DNA from: an uncultured archaeon
GTDB lineage: Archaea > Altiarchaeota > Altiarchaeia > IMC4 > SCGC-AAA252-I15
DNA length: 64,000 nucleotides
NCBI GenBank assembly: GCA_964423225.1
Contig: CAYREE010000002.1
Coordinates: 10,278 to 74,277 of the forward strand
Direction: 5' to 3'
Shown here: piece after piece, positions 9,703 to 19,605 of the stretch
How the letters are laid out: every line of letters starts with the position of its first letter
How positions within the stretch are numbered: position 1 is the first letter of the stretch
The notes under the pieces: generated by a model
Databases searched by the model: none
What the model was told of the DNA's origin: nothing
What the model saw: only the letters and a program-made list of their open reading frames with translations
Translations under genes and position numbers: made by a program

Positions 9703-10978
9703 CTAGTTTATCATATATGTCTTTATTCAACATGTCCTTGGTAATTCTCTGCATATTAAAAATTGGGGCTCTTCTATTTTTTTTAGTTGGTAGCATATGG
9801 GGTGCATAGAATTCCCAGACTATCTCCCCATCCATTGTGACCTCAAATAACTTTCCTTTATTGCTGTATGTAATCAATGTGTTTCCATTTTCTAATCTTT
9901 GACTTCCGCTCCTTGAATCAGAGTAAAAATCTTTTTTTACATCAGATTCATATTTCCAGATTATTTTTTCTTCTATTGGATTATATTCGATAACCCTCGA
10001 ATAGTTTCTATGATTTCCATTATCAAAGATCAGGATATTTCCATTGTCAATTATGCTTGGATTATGCGGGTAGTCAAGTTCGTTCATACCCCAATACCAT
10101 TTCAAGACCTTTTTTTCGATGTCTAGTATAGCGATCATGTTCAGATGTTTGATGCAGATCAAAAGGTCTCCTCTCTTTGAAATAATTGAATCTTGTTCAA
10201 GATAGTCGACGGTATTAACATGGTATATATCAATCCCATTCTTCATTGATCGCTTATCTGATATACTCAGATTCGTGATGTATGATCCTTCGTCAAGTTT
10301 TTCATGTATCTTTTCAAGTGCATTGTAGTTTATCCTGGAATCTGTTTTTTCTAAAGTGTCATAGATGGATATAATCTCCTTCAATGATCCGTCTGGATTA
10401 AGTTTTGTGATAAGCGTATCCCATATCCTTAATTCAGTGCCGTTAAAGTTTATGTTTTTTAATATATCCTGGATAGCATAGTGGTTTCCATCTTCGTCCA
10501 TATCCATGTCATGGTGATATATCTCATTTTTTTTAAACAATATCTTTGAATCCCAGTCAAGTTTGACTATAGCATTCCTATTAGATAATATTAACAAGCT
10601 ACCGTCTGGAAAGAGCCTGCCATTCTTAAGTTTTTCAATATATTTTTTCGGTACTTTCCAAGAGTGAACAACGTTTCCATCCATGTCTAAGAGTTCAGCA
10701 ATCTCTAGATTAAGGGGTATATACAGGTTATATCCTGGATATGCTTTTTTTAAATCGTATTTTACAACACCTTTCAGATTTAATCCGTCTTCATCTTCAT
10801 CTGTTACGTATGGTAGATACCCTAGACCAAATAGACGTTCGTTTATACTATTTACTAAGCTCTCCTTCCCATTGTCGTTCGAATTGTTAGGTTGATTAGA
10901 TAGCAGGTGATATGTCAGGATTGTCGTAAGTAGGATGAGTGATAATAGATATGTCTTTTTCATTTGTTCTTCAACCAA
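9695..10978 (-). CDS. Arylsulfotransferase (ASST)-like beta-propeller protein, N-terminally membrane-anchored (paralog 1)
   Basis: N-terminal TM or signal segment and conserved His/Asp blocks (YHHDMD, YHVNTVDY, IFDNGNHRNYSRVIEYNP, ENGNTLI) shared with the two downstream paralogs. Confidence 0.55.
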   Translation of the reverse strand: MVEEQMKKTYLLSLILLTTILTYHLLSNQPNNSNDNGKESLVNSINERLFGLGYLPYVTDEDEDGLNLKGVVKYDLKKAYPGYNLYIPLNLEIAELLDMDGNVVHSWKVPKKYIEKLKNGRLFPDGSLLILSNRNAIVKLDWDSKILFKKNEIYHHDMDMDEDGNHYAIQDILKNINFNGTELRIWDTLITKLNPDGSLKEIISIYDTLEKTDSRINYNALEKIHEKLDEGSYITNLSISDKRSMKNGIDIYHVNTVDYLEQDSIISKRGDLLICIKHLNMIAILDIEKKVLKWYWGMNELDYPHNPSIIDNGNILIFDNGNHRNYSRVIEYNPIEEKIIWKYESDVKKDFYSDSRSGSQRLENGNTLITYSNKGKLFEVTMDGEIVWEFYAPHMLPTKKNRRAPIFNMQRITKDMLNKDIYDKLGG

Positions 10979-12221
10979 TGTCTTCTTTTAATATGGATTT
11001 TGGATATCTTGTTAGCCTTGTCACAAGAGCTCTTTTATTTTTTGACTTTAGGCGGTCTGGGCTGAGGAAATCCCATACTATCTCACCGTTTTTCGTTACC
11101 TCGAATGCTCTGCCTTTTGTTGATTCGGTTATCAGTGTATTTCCATTAGGTAGTCTCTGGTTTCCTCCCACAATCATAGAGAAGAATGTATCTGGAGGTG
11201 TTCCCGTGTAGTTCCAAACAATGGATTGTGAATATGGATTTAATTCCAGTATCATTGAATGAGCTCTTTTTTTAAGGTCTCCATTATCGAATAACAGGAT
11301 ATTATTTGAGGGTAGAATTGTCGGATGATGAGGGAATAAAAGTTCTTTACCCCAACTCCAGCTTATCTTCTTGTTATGAACATCTAATATCACAACAGCT
11401 GGTCGAAGATGTCTGAATCCAAGGATGAGCTCTCCCTTATATGCTATTCCTATGTTTCTATCGAGCATCTCTATAGTATTGGCGTGGAAAGGATCCAGTG
11501 CTTTTTCTTGTTTATCCTTATACTTAACCATCATCCTCATATTGAATTTATATCTTTCAGAAATAGGGTGGTCTTCGAACAAATCGTATAAAGAAACCTC
11601 TTTTATTGGACTGCCATCCTGATCAAGTATTTTTATCGCATTGTCTTGTACGCGTAATGTACCATCTCCTATCGTGATGTTCCTTTGTCTTATAACGAGT
11701 GTATATATGTAGTTTTTCTCTGAGATTGTAATATCATGGTGGTATGAGTCGTAATCCGACCAGAGTATGTTTGAATCCCAGTCTAGCTTGAATAAGCCCT
11801 TCCCTTTTCTAGAGATTGTTATTACATATACGCTCCCATCCCCGGTTAGTTCAGCCCATTCGATTACCGGATTATCCTCAGCAGGCAATCGCCAAGTATG
11901 TAGGATGTCCCCATTCATATCTGTTAGGTACATCTTGTTGAGTGTCTGTGGCGCATAGAAGTTTAATCCATCATATGCTCGTCTTTTATCATAGTATATT
12001 ACTCCAGTCTTGTTCGGAATTGTCTTTTCATCCACATAATCGATATAGCCGATGTCGTATAGAATCTCACTGAGATCAACATTTTCTTCGCCACTAGGTG
12101 TTTTTAATGGATTGGACTTAATGCTGGGTGGATAAATGAAGTAATAAAATGTAACATATATACTTGTTATTATCACTATCCCTGTTATGATAAGTAGTGT
12201 ACCTAGTATTTTCCGGTCCAT
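10971..12221 (-). CDS. ASST-like beta-propeller protein, membrane-anchored (paralog 2)
   Basis: Same blocks (YHHDI, FHANTIEM, LFDNGD, PNGNTLI). Overlaps paralog 1 by 8 nt. Confidence 0.55.
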   Translation of the reverse strand: MDRKILGTLLIITGIVIITSIYVTFYYFIYPPSIKSNPLKTPSGEENVDLSEILYDIGYIDYVDEKTIPNKTGVIYYDKRRAYDGLNFYAPQTLNKMYLTDMNGDILHTWRLPAEDNPVIEWAELTGDGSVYVITISRKGKGLFKLDWDSNILWSDYDSYHHDITISEKNYIYTLVIRQRNITIGDGTLRVQDNAIKILDQDGSPIKEVSLYDLFEDHPISERYKFNMRMMVKYKDKQEKALDPFHANTIEMLDRNIGIAYKGELILGFRHLRPAVVILDVHNKKISWSWGKELLFPHHPTILPSNNILLFDNGDLKKRAHSMILELNPYSQSIVWNYTGTPPDTFFSMIVGGNQRLPNGNTLITESTKGRAFEVTKNGEIVWDFLSPDRLKSKNKRALVTRLTRYPKSILKEDIG

Positions 12222-12272
12222 TATAACACAACCTAATTATTACTACTTTTTTTTTATCCCAATATTTATGAA

Positions 12273-13463
12273 CTATTCTCTATGATCAATTGTTTCAATA
12301 CTCTTTTTTTCTAAGCGGTTCATCCGTGAAATCACAGCCCTTTTTTTATTATGTTTCTCTGGAACAAAAAATTCCCATACTTTCTCCCCTCTAGCTGTTA
12401 CTTCAAATACTCTTCCTTTATTGGATTCGGTTGGTAGGCGTTGGTTTCCACCCCGTGTAGACGTGTAAAACCGTTTTAATGGTTTTTCCTTGTATTCCCA
12501 TACGATCTCTTCTCTATTCGGATCGTATTCGATTATCCGAGAATATTTCCTACTTATTCCATTATCAAATACGAGGATGTTACCATTTTCAAGTACTGTT
12601 GGATGGTGTGGCCAGTCAAGTATTTTCTCCCCCCAAGTCCATTTCACAACCTCTTTTTTCGGATCGATTATAGCAATCATATTCATCTTTTTAAAGCATG
12701 TTATGATATCTCCCTTCTTTCCAACTCCAATATCCTCATTGATTATCTCTATCGTATTTGCATGGAATATATCCGGTCTTTCCTTCCGGTTTTTTCTAGC
12801 TTTTTTAAGGATTTTACTTTTTACATTATCATTTGAAGCATCGTAGACAGATATTTTTTTCAGTATTTTTCCATTTTTAGAGAGGATCACTATTTGATTA
12901 TCTATTATCTTGGTTTTTCTACCGGTTTTCTCGTTTATTATCCTTCTTTTTTTATGTGTGAGTCCATAGACTTTTCCATCATCGTTAATCGCTATGTCAT
13001 GATGATACTTCCCTTTCACAGTCCATTGGATCTCTGATTTCCAGTCTAGTTTAATTAAGTTCTTATTCATATTGATGGCAATTAGGTTCCCGTCTACATC
13101 TGTTTCTGCATATGTTATATGTGATGAGTAAGCCTTTGGGATAGACCATTTATGCATTAGATTACCTTCCATATCGATGAGATATGTAGTTTTTTCACCA
13201 ATTGGCGTATAGAGGTTATAACCATCATATGCGTGTTCTTTATCGTATAATGTTACCCTATTTTTTCCTGGATTATGTTCATCAACAACATATGGTAGAT
13301 AACCTATGGCTTCAAGCCGCTTCTTTATGAGGTCATCAGTCTCAATCTTATCCGTCGTTTCCACGTCAATAGGGTAATAATCCTCTTCAGTTGGATTATT
13401 TGACGCAAATATGATTGCGGAAATGATTATGACTATCAGAATTATCCACCATTTATACACCAT
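12273..13463 (-). CDS. ASST-like beta-propeller protein, membrane-anchored (paralog 3)
   Basis: Same blocks (YHHDIAI, FHANTIEI, VFDNGISRKYSRIIEYDP). Confidence 0.55.
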   Translation of the reverse strand: MVYKWWIILIVIIISAIIFASNNPTEEDYYPIDVETTDKIETDDLIKKRLEAIGYLPYVVDEHNPGKNRVTLYDKEHAYDGYNLYTPIGEKTTYLIDMEGNLMHKWSIPKAYSSHITYAETDVDGNLIAINMNKNLIKLDWKSEIQWTVKGKYHHDIAINDDGKVYGLTHKKRRIINEKTGRKTKIIDNQIVILSKNGKILKKISVYDASNDNVKSKILKKARKNRKERPDIFHANTIEIINEDIGVGKKGDIITCFKKMNMIAIIDPKKEVVKWTWGEKILDWPHHPTVLENGNILVFDNGISRKYSRIIEYDPNREEIVWEYKEKPLKRFYTSTRGGNQRLPTESNKGRVFEVTARGEKVWEFFVPEKHNKKRAVISRMNRLEKKSIETIDHRE

Positions 13464-13590
13464 TTTTCCCCATCTTCCCTTGATTTTTTTTAAATGTATT
13501 ATTACTGTTTATAACAGTGTAAAAAACGGTTTTACGGTTTTTTAACTTCACACCTATTCTTAACCCATATTCACTTATGAGGGATGTTTT

Positions 13591-14805
13591 ATGATTGACG
13601 GGATACGAACTATAGACGACTATGATTTCAAAGGAAAAACCACGATTCTCCGACTTGACCTGAATACCCCGATTGATCCAGAGACTGGGGGATTCCTAGA
13701 GGACAGGCGGATGAGATCTCATGTTCCAACAATACAGGAACTTGCAGACAAGAAGGCGAAAGTTGTATGCCTTGCGCATCAGGGAAGAGCGGGTGAGCCA
13801 CAGTTCACCACACTCGAAAAACATGCAAAACATTTAAGCAAATTACTTGATACGAATGTAAAATATGTTGAAGATATTTTCGGCCCTACAGCACGGACCG
13901 AGATAAAGAACATGCAGGATGGAGAAATACTTTTACTTGATAATGTTCGGATTTATTCTGAAGAGGCGCTTGAGAGACCTGCTGACGTACAGTCGACGAC
14001 GTTATTGGTTAAGAATATCGCACCTCTTGCCGATGCTTTTGTGAATGATGCTTTTGGTACTGCGCATCGCAGCCAGGCTTCAACTGTTGGTTTTACTAAA
14101 TTATTGCCAAGTTATGCTGGTAGACTCATGGAAAAAGAAGTGAGGGCGTTAGGTGATGTTATGAAAAGCCCTAAAAAGCCTCTTGTATTCATTTTAGGTG
14201 GTGCGAAAGTCAAGGATTCTATGCGGATCATGAGTAAGGCGTTAAGAAGTGGGGTTGAAACGATACTTACTGGTGGTGTTCTTGCGAATGTTTTTCTTGC
14301 TGCAATGAATTATCGTCTTGGTGAACCATCTATCGAGTTCATCAGAGGTAAGAATTTCATAGACCAGATTGATATTGGCAGAAGGTTGCTTGAGGAATAT
14401 CCGGATCAGATTGTTTTACCAATTGATCTTGCTATCGATAAGAAGGGTGAGAGAGTCCAGATTGATCTACATGAGCTTCCTCAGAATTATCGGATAGTTG
14501 ATGTTGGTGAGAAGACGATTGAAAAATATATTTCGGTAATCAACAGTGCGGGAACAGTTTTCATTAATGGTGCTTTGGGTATCTATGAGACCCCCGTGTT
14601 CGCAAAGGGTACTGAGGAAGTGATAAAGTCGATTGCAGACTCAAGTTGTTTCTCTGTTGTTGGTGGCGGTGATACTGTTGCTGCTGCAAGGAATCTTGAT
14701 GTTGAGGATAGGATAACTCATGTGAGTACTGGTGGTAAGGCGTCTATTGATTTCCTTGCTGGTGTCAGGCTTTCTGCAATAGAATGCTTAAAAGAGTCTG
14801 GTTAG
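13591..14805 (+). CDS. pgk: Phosphoglycerate kinase
   Basis: Archaeal-type PGK length and motifs (RLDLNTP, GGAKV, GGGDT). Confidence 0.85.
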   Translation: MIDGIRTIDDYDFKGKTTILRLDLNTPIDPETGGFLEDRRMRSHVPTIQELADKKAKVVCLAHQGRAGEPQFTTLEKHAKHLSKLLDTNVKYVEDIFGPTARTEIKNMQDGEILLLDNVRIYSEEALERPADVQSTTLLVKNIAPLADAFVNDAFGTAHRSQASTVGFTKLLPSYAGRLMEKEVRALGDVMKSPKKPLVFILGGAKVKDSMRIMSKALRSGVETILTGGVLANVFLAAMNYRLGEPSIEFIRGKNFIDQIDIGRRLLEEYPDQIVLPIDLAIDKKGERVQIDLHELPQNYRIVDVGEKTIEKYISVINSAGTVFINGALGIYETPVFAKGTEEVIKSIADSSCFSVVGGGDTVAAARNLDVEDRITHVSTGGKASIDFLAGVRLSAIECLKESG

Positions 14806-14842
14806 GGACATTTTTATATGTCTCTTCCCACATTCTATCAAG

Positions 14843-15007
14843 ATGAGCGACCTTGAATTTCTGATACCAAAGAACATTCCTGTATGGGAGATTGTGGTCA
14901 TAATGTGTGCAGCGTTTGCAATGCTTCTTGTATTCATCCTCTGGTATTTTTTCGGATATGAGTTGGTTGTCCTACCCTCGGGGCCTAGTGTCATGAATTC
15001 GGTATAG
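14843..15007 (+). CDS. Possible small membrane protein (54 aa)
   Basis: ATG to TAG ORF, MSDLEFLIPKNIPVWEIVVIMCAAFAMLLVFILWYFFGY..., with one clear TM helix. Lies in the intergenic space. Confidence 0.25.
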   Translation: MSDLEFLIPKNIPVWEIVVIMCAAFAMLLVFILWYFFGYELVVLPSGPSVMNSV

Positions 15008-15045
15008 GATAATCATGTTTTAATTCTTAAACCAATTTTAATATT

Positions 15046-16224
15046 ATGGATATTAGTCCTAGAGAAATATTTGCATTCCTTTTTTTCATTTTAATCTTGT
15101 CGTTAGTCTTTTATACAAACTTGATTCCAGTCGTTTATCATGGTGATGAAGGTGGTTGGATTACTAGTGGAGTGCTTTATTACCAGATGTTTTTCATTGA
15201 TAGGCAATTTGATCCGGTTGAATGGTATTATTCTAATCCTGGAAAGTATGCTTTTGGAGCTATGAATCCTCCAGTTGCTAAATATTTTATCGGCTGGTCT
15301 GTTAACGATTTGGTGGGTGAGGATTTTAATTATTTCTATGCTTTTACAAATGATCGTGATTGGAACTATGAGCATGGACGCATGCCTCCTGAAAATGTTT
15401 TATCATCTGCACGAGGTATTGCATTAGTCTTTTCATTTCTTGCTCTTTTACTCTACTGGATTTCTTTAAGGAGATTGTTTGACTATAGGGTCGCACTTGT
15501 ATCCTGTCTTCTAGTACTCTTCAATACACAGTTTTTAAAGAATGCTCGTCGTGTGATGACTGAACCCTTTTTCTTCTTTTTTTGGGCTATCACGCTCTTT
15601 CTGATCGTCTTCTTTTATGTTCGTAAGGATAGGATAAGGCTGGTATATCTGTTTTTTGCAGGGATCGCTGCAGGGCTATGTTTTTCTTCAAAGCTTCTTG
15701 GTGCGTTCTTCCTAATGGTTGTTTTGACAATCTTATTCCTTGATACTATTCATTCAAAAGAGTATATCGGACTATTATGTAAAACCATATTATTCCTAGC
15801 ATCATTCTCCCTGGTTTTTATCTTGGTGAATCCCTTGTTTTATCCTTGTGATTGTCCAAACATCGGCTCAGTTCCAGAACGGTTAATTAGCATGATAGTA
15901 TATTGGATGCAACGATTCCCATCTGAAAACATGGGTATTGTAGACCGGCTAGGATTCATGTTTATCAATAATTCCACCATGTTTATTGATGGATTGATTG
16001 GACTTGCTGGGTTCATCTATCTGTCTAATATCTTGTATCGCAAACGTGATTTACAGGATATACGGGTAATAGCTCTTGTATTGTTTTTCTATAGCATACT
16101 CCTTGGCTTCTTTATGCAGCTTAAATTCCTTAGATGGCATCTATTCATGCACTGGGCTATCTCCCCTCTGGCAGGGTACATGATTGTTGAATTGATAGAC
16201 AAGGTGCGAAATCATAGAGGATAA
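15046..16224 (+). CDS. Polytopic membrane protein, GT-C type (PMT/ArnT-like) glycosyltransferase candidate
   Basis: About 11 TM helices and an early DE-containing loop (HGDEGGW), as in GT39/GT83 enzymes. Confidence 0.4.
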   Translation: MDISPREIFAFLFFILILSLVFYTNLIPVVYHGDEGGWITSGVLYYQMFFIDRQFDPVEWYYSNPGKYAFGAMNPPVAKYFIGWSVNDLVGEDFNYFYAFTNDRDWNYEHGRMPPENVLSSARGIALVFSFLALLLYWISLRRLFDYRVALVSCLLVLFNTQFLKNARRVMTEPFFFFFWAITLFLIVFFYVRKDRIRLVYLFFAGIAAGLCFSSKLLGAFFLMVVLTILFLDTIHSKEYIGLLCKTILFLASFSLVFILVNPLFYPCDCPNIGSVPERLISMIVYWMQRFPSENMGIVDRLGFMFINNSTMFIDGLIGLAGFIYLSNILYRKRDLQDIRVIALVLFFYSILLGFFMQLKFLRWHLFMHWAISPLAGYMIVELIDKVRNHRG

Positions 16225-16227
16225 ATT

Positions 16228-16551
16228 TTATTTATCAAGATCTTTAACAAGCTTTTTTAGATATTTTAATCCTTCATTAAGTGTTTTATGACCTGATTCA
16301 GTTATCTTATAATACTTTCTCTGTCTGTTGTCAATGAGCTTCCATTCAGTTTTCACATAGCCTTCAAGTTCTAGTCTGTAAAGGACCATGTATGCGGTTA
16401 CTTTACCGATCTCGAATCCGAACCGTTTTTCGACCTTTTCCTTGACTTCATATGCGTATACTGGTCCTTTTTCCATTAATGAGAGGATATAGACCCATAG
16501 TACATCAATAGTCGTCTTATCCTTCAGCCTTCTTAACGGTGGATTATCCAT
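16228..16551 (-). CDS. PadR-family transcriptional regulator
   Basis: 107 aa with a winged-helix PadR signature (VLSLMEKGPVYAYEVKEKVE...YMVLYRLELEGYV). Confidence 0.8.
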   Translation of the reverse strand: MDNPPLRRLKDKTTIDVLWVYILSLMEKGPVYAYEVKEKVEKRFGFEIGKVTAYMVLYRLELEGYVKTEWKLIDNRQRKYYKITESGHKTLNEGLKYLKKLVKDLDK

Positions 16552-16608
16552 TTTAGTAATATTTTATGACCGTGAAATATTTAAATACTAAATAACCTGT
16601 ATTATTAA

Positions 16609-17703
16609 TTGATAAAGATGAAGAAGATCAATGTAGCGGTCATTGGGGTGGGTAATTGTGCATCCTCTTTGGTGCAAGGAGTTGAATATTACAAGAGCAT
16701 AGATGCCAATGATCCTCTCATACCTGGATTAATGCATAATGTCATTTCTGGATATAAGATAGACAGTATAAACTTCGTGTCTGCGATTGATGTCGACTCT
16801 AAGAAAGTTGGCAAGGATCTGAGTGAGGCAATCTTTACAGATCCGAATTGTACTGTGAAGTTCTCTGATGTTCCAAACTGGGATGTCGAGGTCAAGAAAG
16901 GACCAGTACTTGATGGTGTAACAGACCTTACTAAGGACAAGTTCGTGGTTGATCAAAAACAAAAGCCAATTGATGTTGCTAAAGAGCTTCGGGATAGTGG
17001 CGCAGAAATTGCGGTATGTTATCTTCCTGTTGGGTCGGAGCAAGCCGTCAATTATTATGCTAATGAATGTCTTAAAGCTGGTGTTGCATTAATCAATGCG
17101 ATACCCGTATTTATTGCATCTAATAAAGATTGGGCAGATAAATTCCAGAAGGCTAAAATTCCGGTTATTGGTGATGACATTAAAAGCCAGGTTGGCGCAA
17201 CCATAGTCCATAGGACATTAACAAGATTGTTTGTTGACCGTGGAGTCAAGTTGGATCACACTTATCAGTTGAATGTTGGTGGTAACACAGACTTCTTGAA
17301 TATGTTGGAGCGTACAAGGCTTAAAAGCAAAAAAATCAGCAAGACGCAGAGCGTACAATCCCAACTACCCACGCAGATGCCGGCTGAGGACATACATATC
17401 GGTCCAAGCGATTATGTGCCTTTCCTTGATGATAAAAAACTCTGCTTCATTAGGATGGAGGGGAGAAAATTCGGTGATGTACCTATTAACATTGAGTTGC
17501 GTCTGGATGTCGAGGATAGTCCGAACTCTGCAGGTGTTATTGTTGATGCGGTAAGGTGTGCGAAAATCGCTTTGGATCGTGGGATTGGAGGTCCATTATA
17601 CAGTCCCTCAAGCTATTTTATGAAAAGTCCACCAATACAATATACTGATACGGTAGCAAGGGACATGGTAGAAGAATTCATTCAGAAAAAAAGAGAAAGG
17701 TAA
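16609..17703 (+). CDS. ino1: myo-Inositol-1-phosphate synthase
   Basis: N-terminal [20 protein letters not shown] is characteristic of Ino1/MIPS. Adjacent to a CDP-alcohol phosphatidyltransferase. Confidence 0.75.
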   Translation: MIKMKKINVAVIGVGNCASSLVQGVEYYKSIDANDPLIPGLMHNVISGYKIDSINFVSAIDVDSKKVGKDLSEAIFTDPNCTVKFSDVPNWDVEVKKGPVLDGVTDLTKDKFVVDQKQKPIDVAKELRDSGAEIAVCYLPVGSEQAVNYYANECLKAGVALINAIPVFIASNKDWADKFQKAKIPVIGDDIKSQVGATIVHRTLTRLFVDRGVKLDHTYQLNVGGNTDFLNMLERTRLKSKKISKTQSVQSQLPTQMPAEDIHIGPSDYVPFLDDKKLCFIRMEGRKFGDVPINIELRLDVEDSPNSAGVIVDAVRCAKIALDRGIGGPLYSPSSYFMKSPPIQYTDTVARDMVEEFIQKKRER

Positions 17704-17704
17704 A

Positions 17705-18319
17705 ATGCTCAGGTCAAGATACTCAGAACAAGCGGCATCATGGAATGTTAGGGTCGGTCTTGTTTTCTCAAGGCTTGGTGTTCCAGCTAATACCTGGACT
17801 GTATTATCACTATTGCCTGCATTCTTGGGAGTCATATGCCTCTATTATAAACAGTTGTTCCCCGGATTCATATTGTTCCTCATATCTGCTTTTATTGACA
17901 TCATTGATGGAAATGTTGCGCGTGTCACAAAAAGCGTATCTAGTTTTGGAGCATTTCTCGATGGTTTGATAGACAGATATGTTGAGATATTATTATATCT
18001 TGGCTTATGGTTCTACCTTGATGGCGGACCAACTTTTATAATCTCATCAAGCCTTTGGATAATCCTACTTGTATATAGTGCGATAATGCCCTCTTTTATA
18101 ACCGCTTATGCAGACCATCGAAAGGTTATCACAGAACCTGAACAACACAAGGAGATGGGAGGACTAGTTGAACGGTTTGAACGCCTTATAATAATCTATG
18201 CAGGAATGGTTTTAGGCCTTCTTAACCCTGTCTACCTATTATATTCGATAGTAATTGTCGTGATATTATCTAATATTACGGCCATTCAGAGGATCAAGTA
18301 TGTTTTTAAACATGCCTAA
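17705..18319 (+). CDS. CDP-alcohol phosphatidyltransferase (archaetidylinositol phosphate synthase-like)
   Basis: DG(x)2AR...G...D...D motif (DGNVARVTKSVSSFGAFLDGLIDR), TM helices, and the partner gene ino1 immediately upstream. Confidence 0.75.
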   Translation: MLRSRYSEQAASWNVRVGLVFSRLGVPANTWTVLSLLPAFLGVICLYYKQLFPGFILFLISAFIDIIDGNVARVTKSVSSFGAFLDGLIDRYVEILLYLGLWFYLDGGPTFIISSSLWIILLVYSAIMPSFITAYADHRKVITEPEQHKEMGGLVERFERLIIIYAGMVLGLLNPVYLLYSIVIVVILSNITAIQRIKYVFKHA

Positions 18320-18358
18320 TAGCTTTTTAATGCTTTTTTACCTCTAAATAATTCCAAA

Positions 18359-18688
18359 ATGAATGATGATCTAACACCAAAGAAAATAGTGAATATACTG
18401 ATTGAAAAACATGATAGATTCATCAGTGAATATTCTAGTGACATGGAGCGATGGGAGCGTATTAATATGCTCAAGGAGAAGAGGGATCAGTTGTTGTATT
18501 GGATAGAGGATGATAAGGAAGGTAAGTTTTCCCAGGAATTTGAGGATTGTTCAAAGGAGCTTGAGGGATTGGAGGATCAGATGAGCATTTCTTCTCTAGC
18601 ACAATATAAGAATAATAAGCAGGCAGTTGCTTCGCATAAGGTAGCCAAGAAATATTGGCTTAAGGCATTGAAGGAGTTATCGTCATGA
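18359..18688 (+). CDS. Hypothetical protein (109 aa)
   Basis: ORF translationally coupled to the next gene (ATGA overlap). Confidence 0.4.
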   Translation: MNDDLTPKKIVNILIEKHDRFISEYSSDMERWERINMLKEKRDQLLYWIEDDKEGKFSQEFEDCSKELEGLEDQMSISSLAQYKNNKQAVASHKVAKKYWLKALKELSS

Positions 18689-19605
18689 ATGAGCGTGAAC
18701 TAAAGGATAAGGTTGAAGTATTTCGCCGTGAGATATCCAAGTATAATAAGGAGATACAGGGTATTGTTCGGGAGATGCGTGTTCACCAGAAAGAGGCATC
18801 GAAGTTAAAGTCGCTTCGTGATGAGAGTAATGAGAAATGCAAGAATCTCTCGCAGAAGGCTAAGGAGCTTAGGGATAAGCGTGATGAGCTTAATATGAAG
18901 ATTGCTTCAATGAAGGATGAGCGCGGTAAATTGAGTGGTAAGGTCAAGTCTTTAAGCGGTGATATCAAGCAGTCTAAGGAGAGGCGGGATGAGCTTAATA
19001 AGGCTGCTCATGGTACTGGGAAGGCTCTTTCAAAGAAATATGAGAAGACTTTGAATGCATTGTTGACTGAGGATATTCCATTATCGCAGGAGAAGCGTTT
19101 TTTTGAAAGCATATTTAAGATCCGGGAGAGGCTTGCCGCGGCTGAGAAGGCGAATGTTTTACATCAGAAGGTTGTTGAAACCTATGAAGGATTGAAGGAA
19201 GTTGACACTGAGATTGATGGGATCTCTAGTGGAATTCGTGCTTTGGCTGATGAATCTGAAAAGTTCCATAAGGAGGCTATCCAGGTTTATCGTTCATTGG
19301 ATGAGATACGTAAGAAGGGTGATTCTTATCATAAACAATTGTTGGAGAAATATGCTTTGATCGATCCATTAAGGGATACGATCACTGATCTTAGAGAGAA
19401 GATAAAGGGTGTTGAAGAAAAGATGTCTCCGTTTGCATCCGAGCTTGATGGGATTAAGGCTGAGAAAGAGGCTGAGAGAAAGACTCAGAAGGCGTCGGAG
19501 GCAAAACAGAAGTTAAAATCCAGTAAGAGAATATCTTTTAATGATTTCAAGGCTATTATGGAAGTCGACGGTCTTGATGAGTCTGAGAAACCGTCAGGAA
19601 GTTAG
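18685..19605 (+). CDS. Coiled-coil protein (306 aa)
   Basis: Heptad-rich, K/E-rich sequence throughout. Confidence 0.45.
   Translation: MNERELKDKVEVFRREISKYNKEIQGIVREMRVHQKEASKLKSLRDESNEKCKNLSQKAKELRDKRDELNMKIASMKDERGKLSGKVKSLSGDIKQSKERRDELNKAAHGTGKALSKKYEKTLNALLTEDIPLSQEKRFFESIFKIRERLAAAEKANVLHQKVVETYEGLKEVDTEIDGISSGIRALADESEKFHKEAIQVYRSLDEIRKKGDSYHKQLLEKYALIDPLRDTITDLREKIKGVEEKMSPFASELDGIKAEKEAERKTQKASEAKQKLKSSKRISFNDFKAIMEVDGLDESEKPSGS

Noticed and set aside
12222-12272. Long A/T homopolymer-rich spacer between ASST paralogs 2 and 3
   Set aside because: Just an AT-rich intergenic or promoter region with no dyad symmetry or ORF. No feature claimed.
14788-14994. 68-aa minus-strand ORF in the pgk downstream spacer
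   Set aside because: Basic and low-complexity with no SD. The plus-strand 54-aa TM ORF over the same DNA is more protein-like, and both are low confidence.
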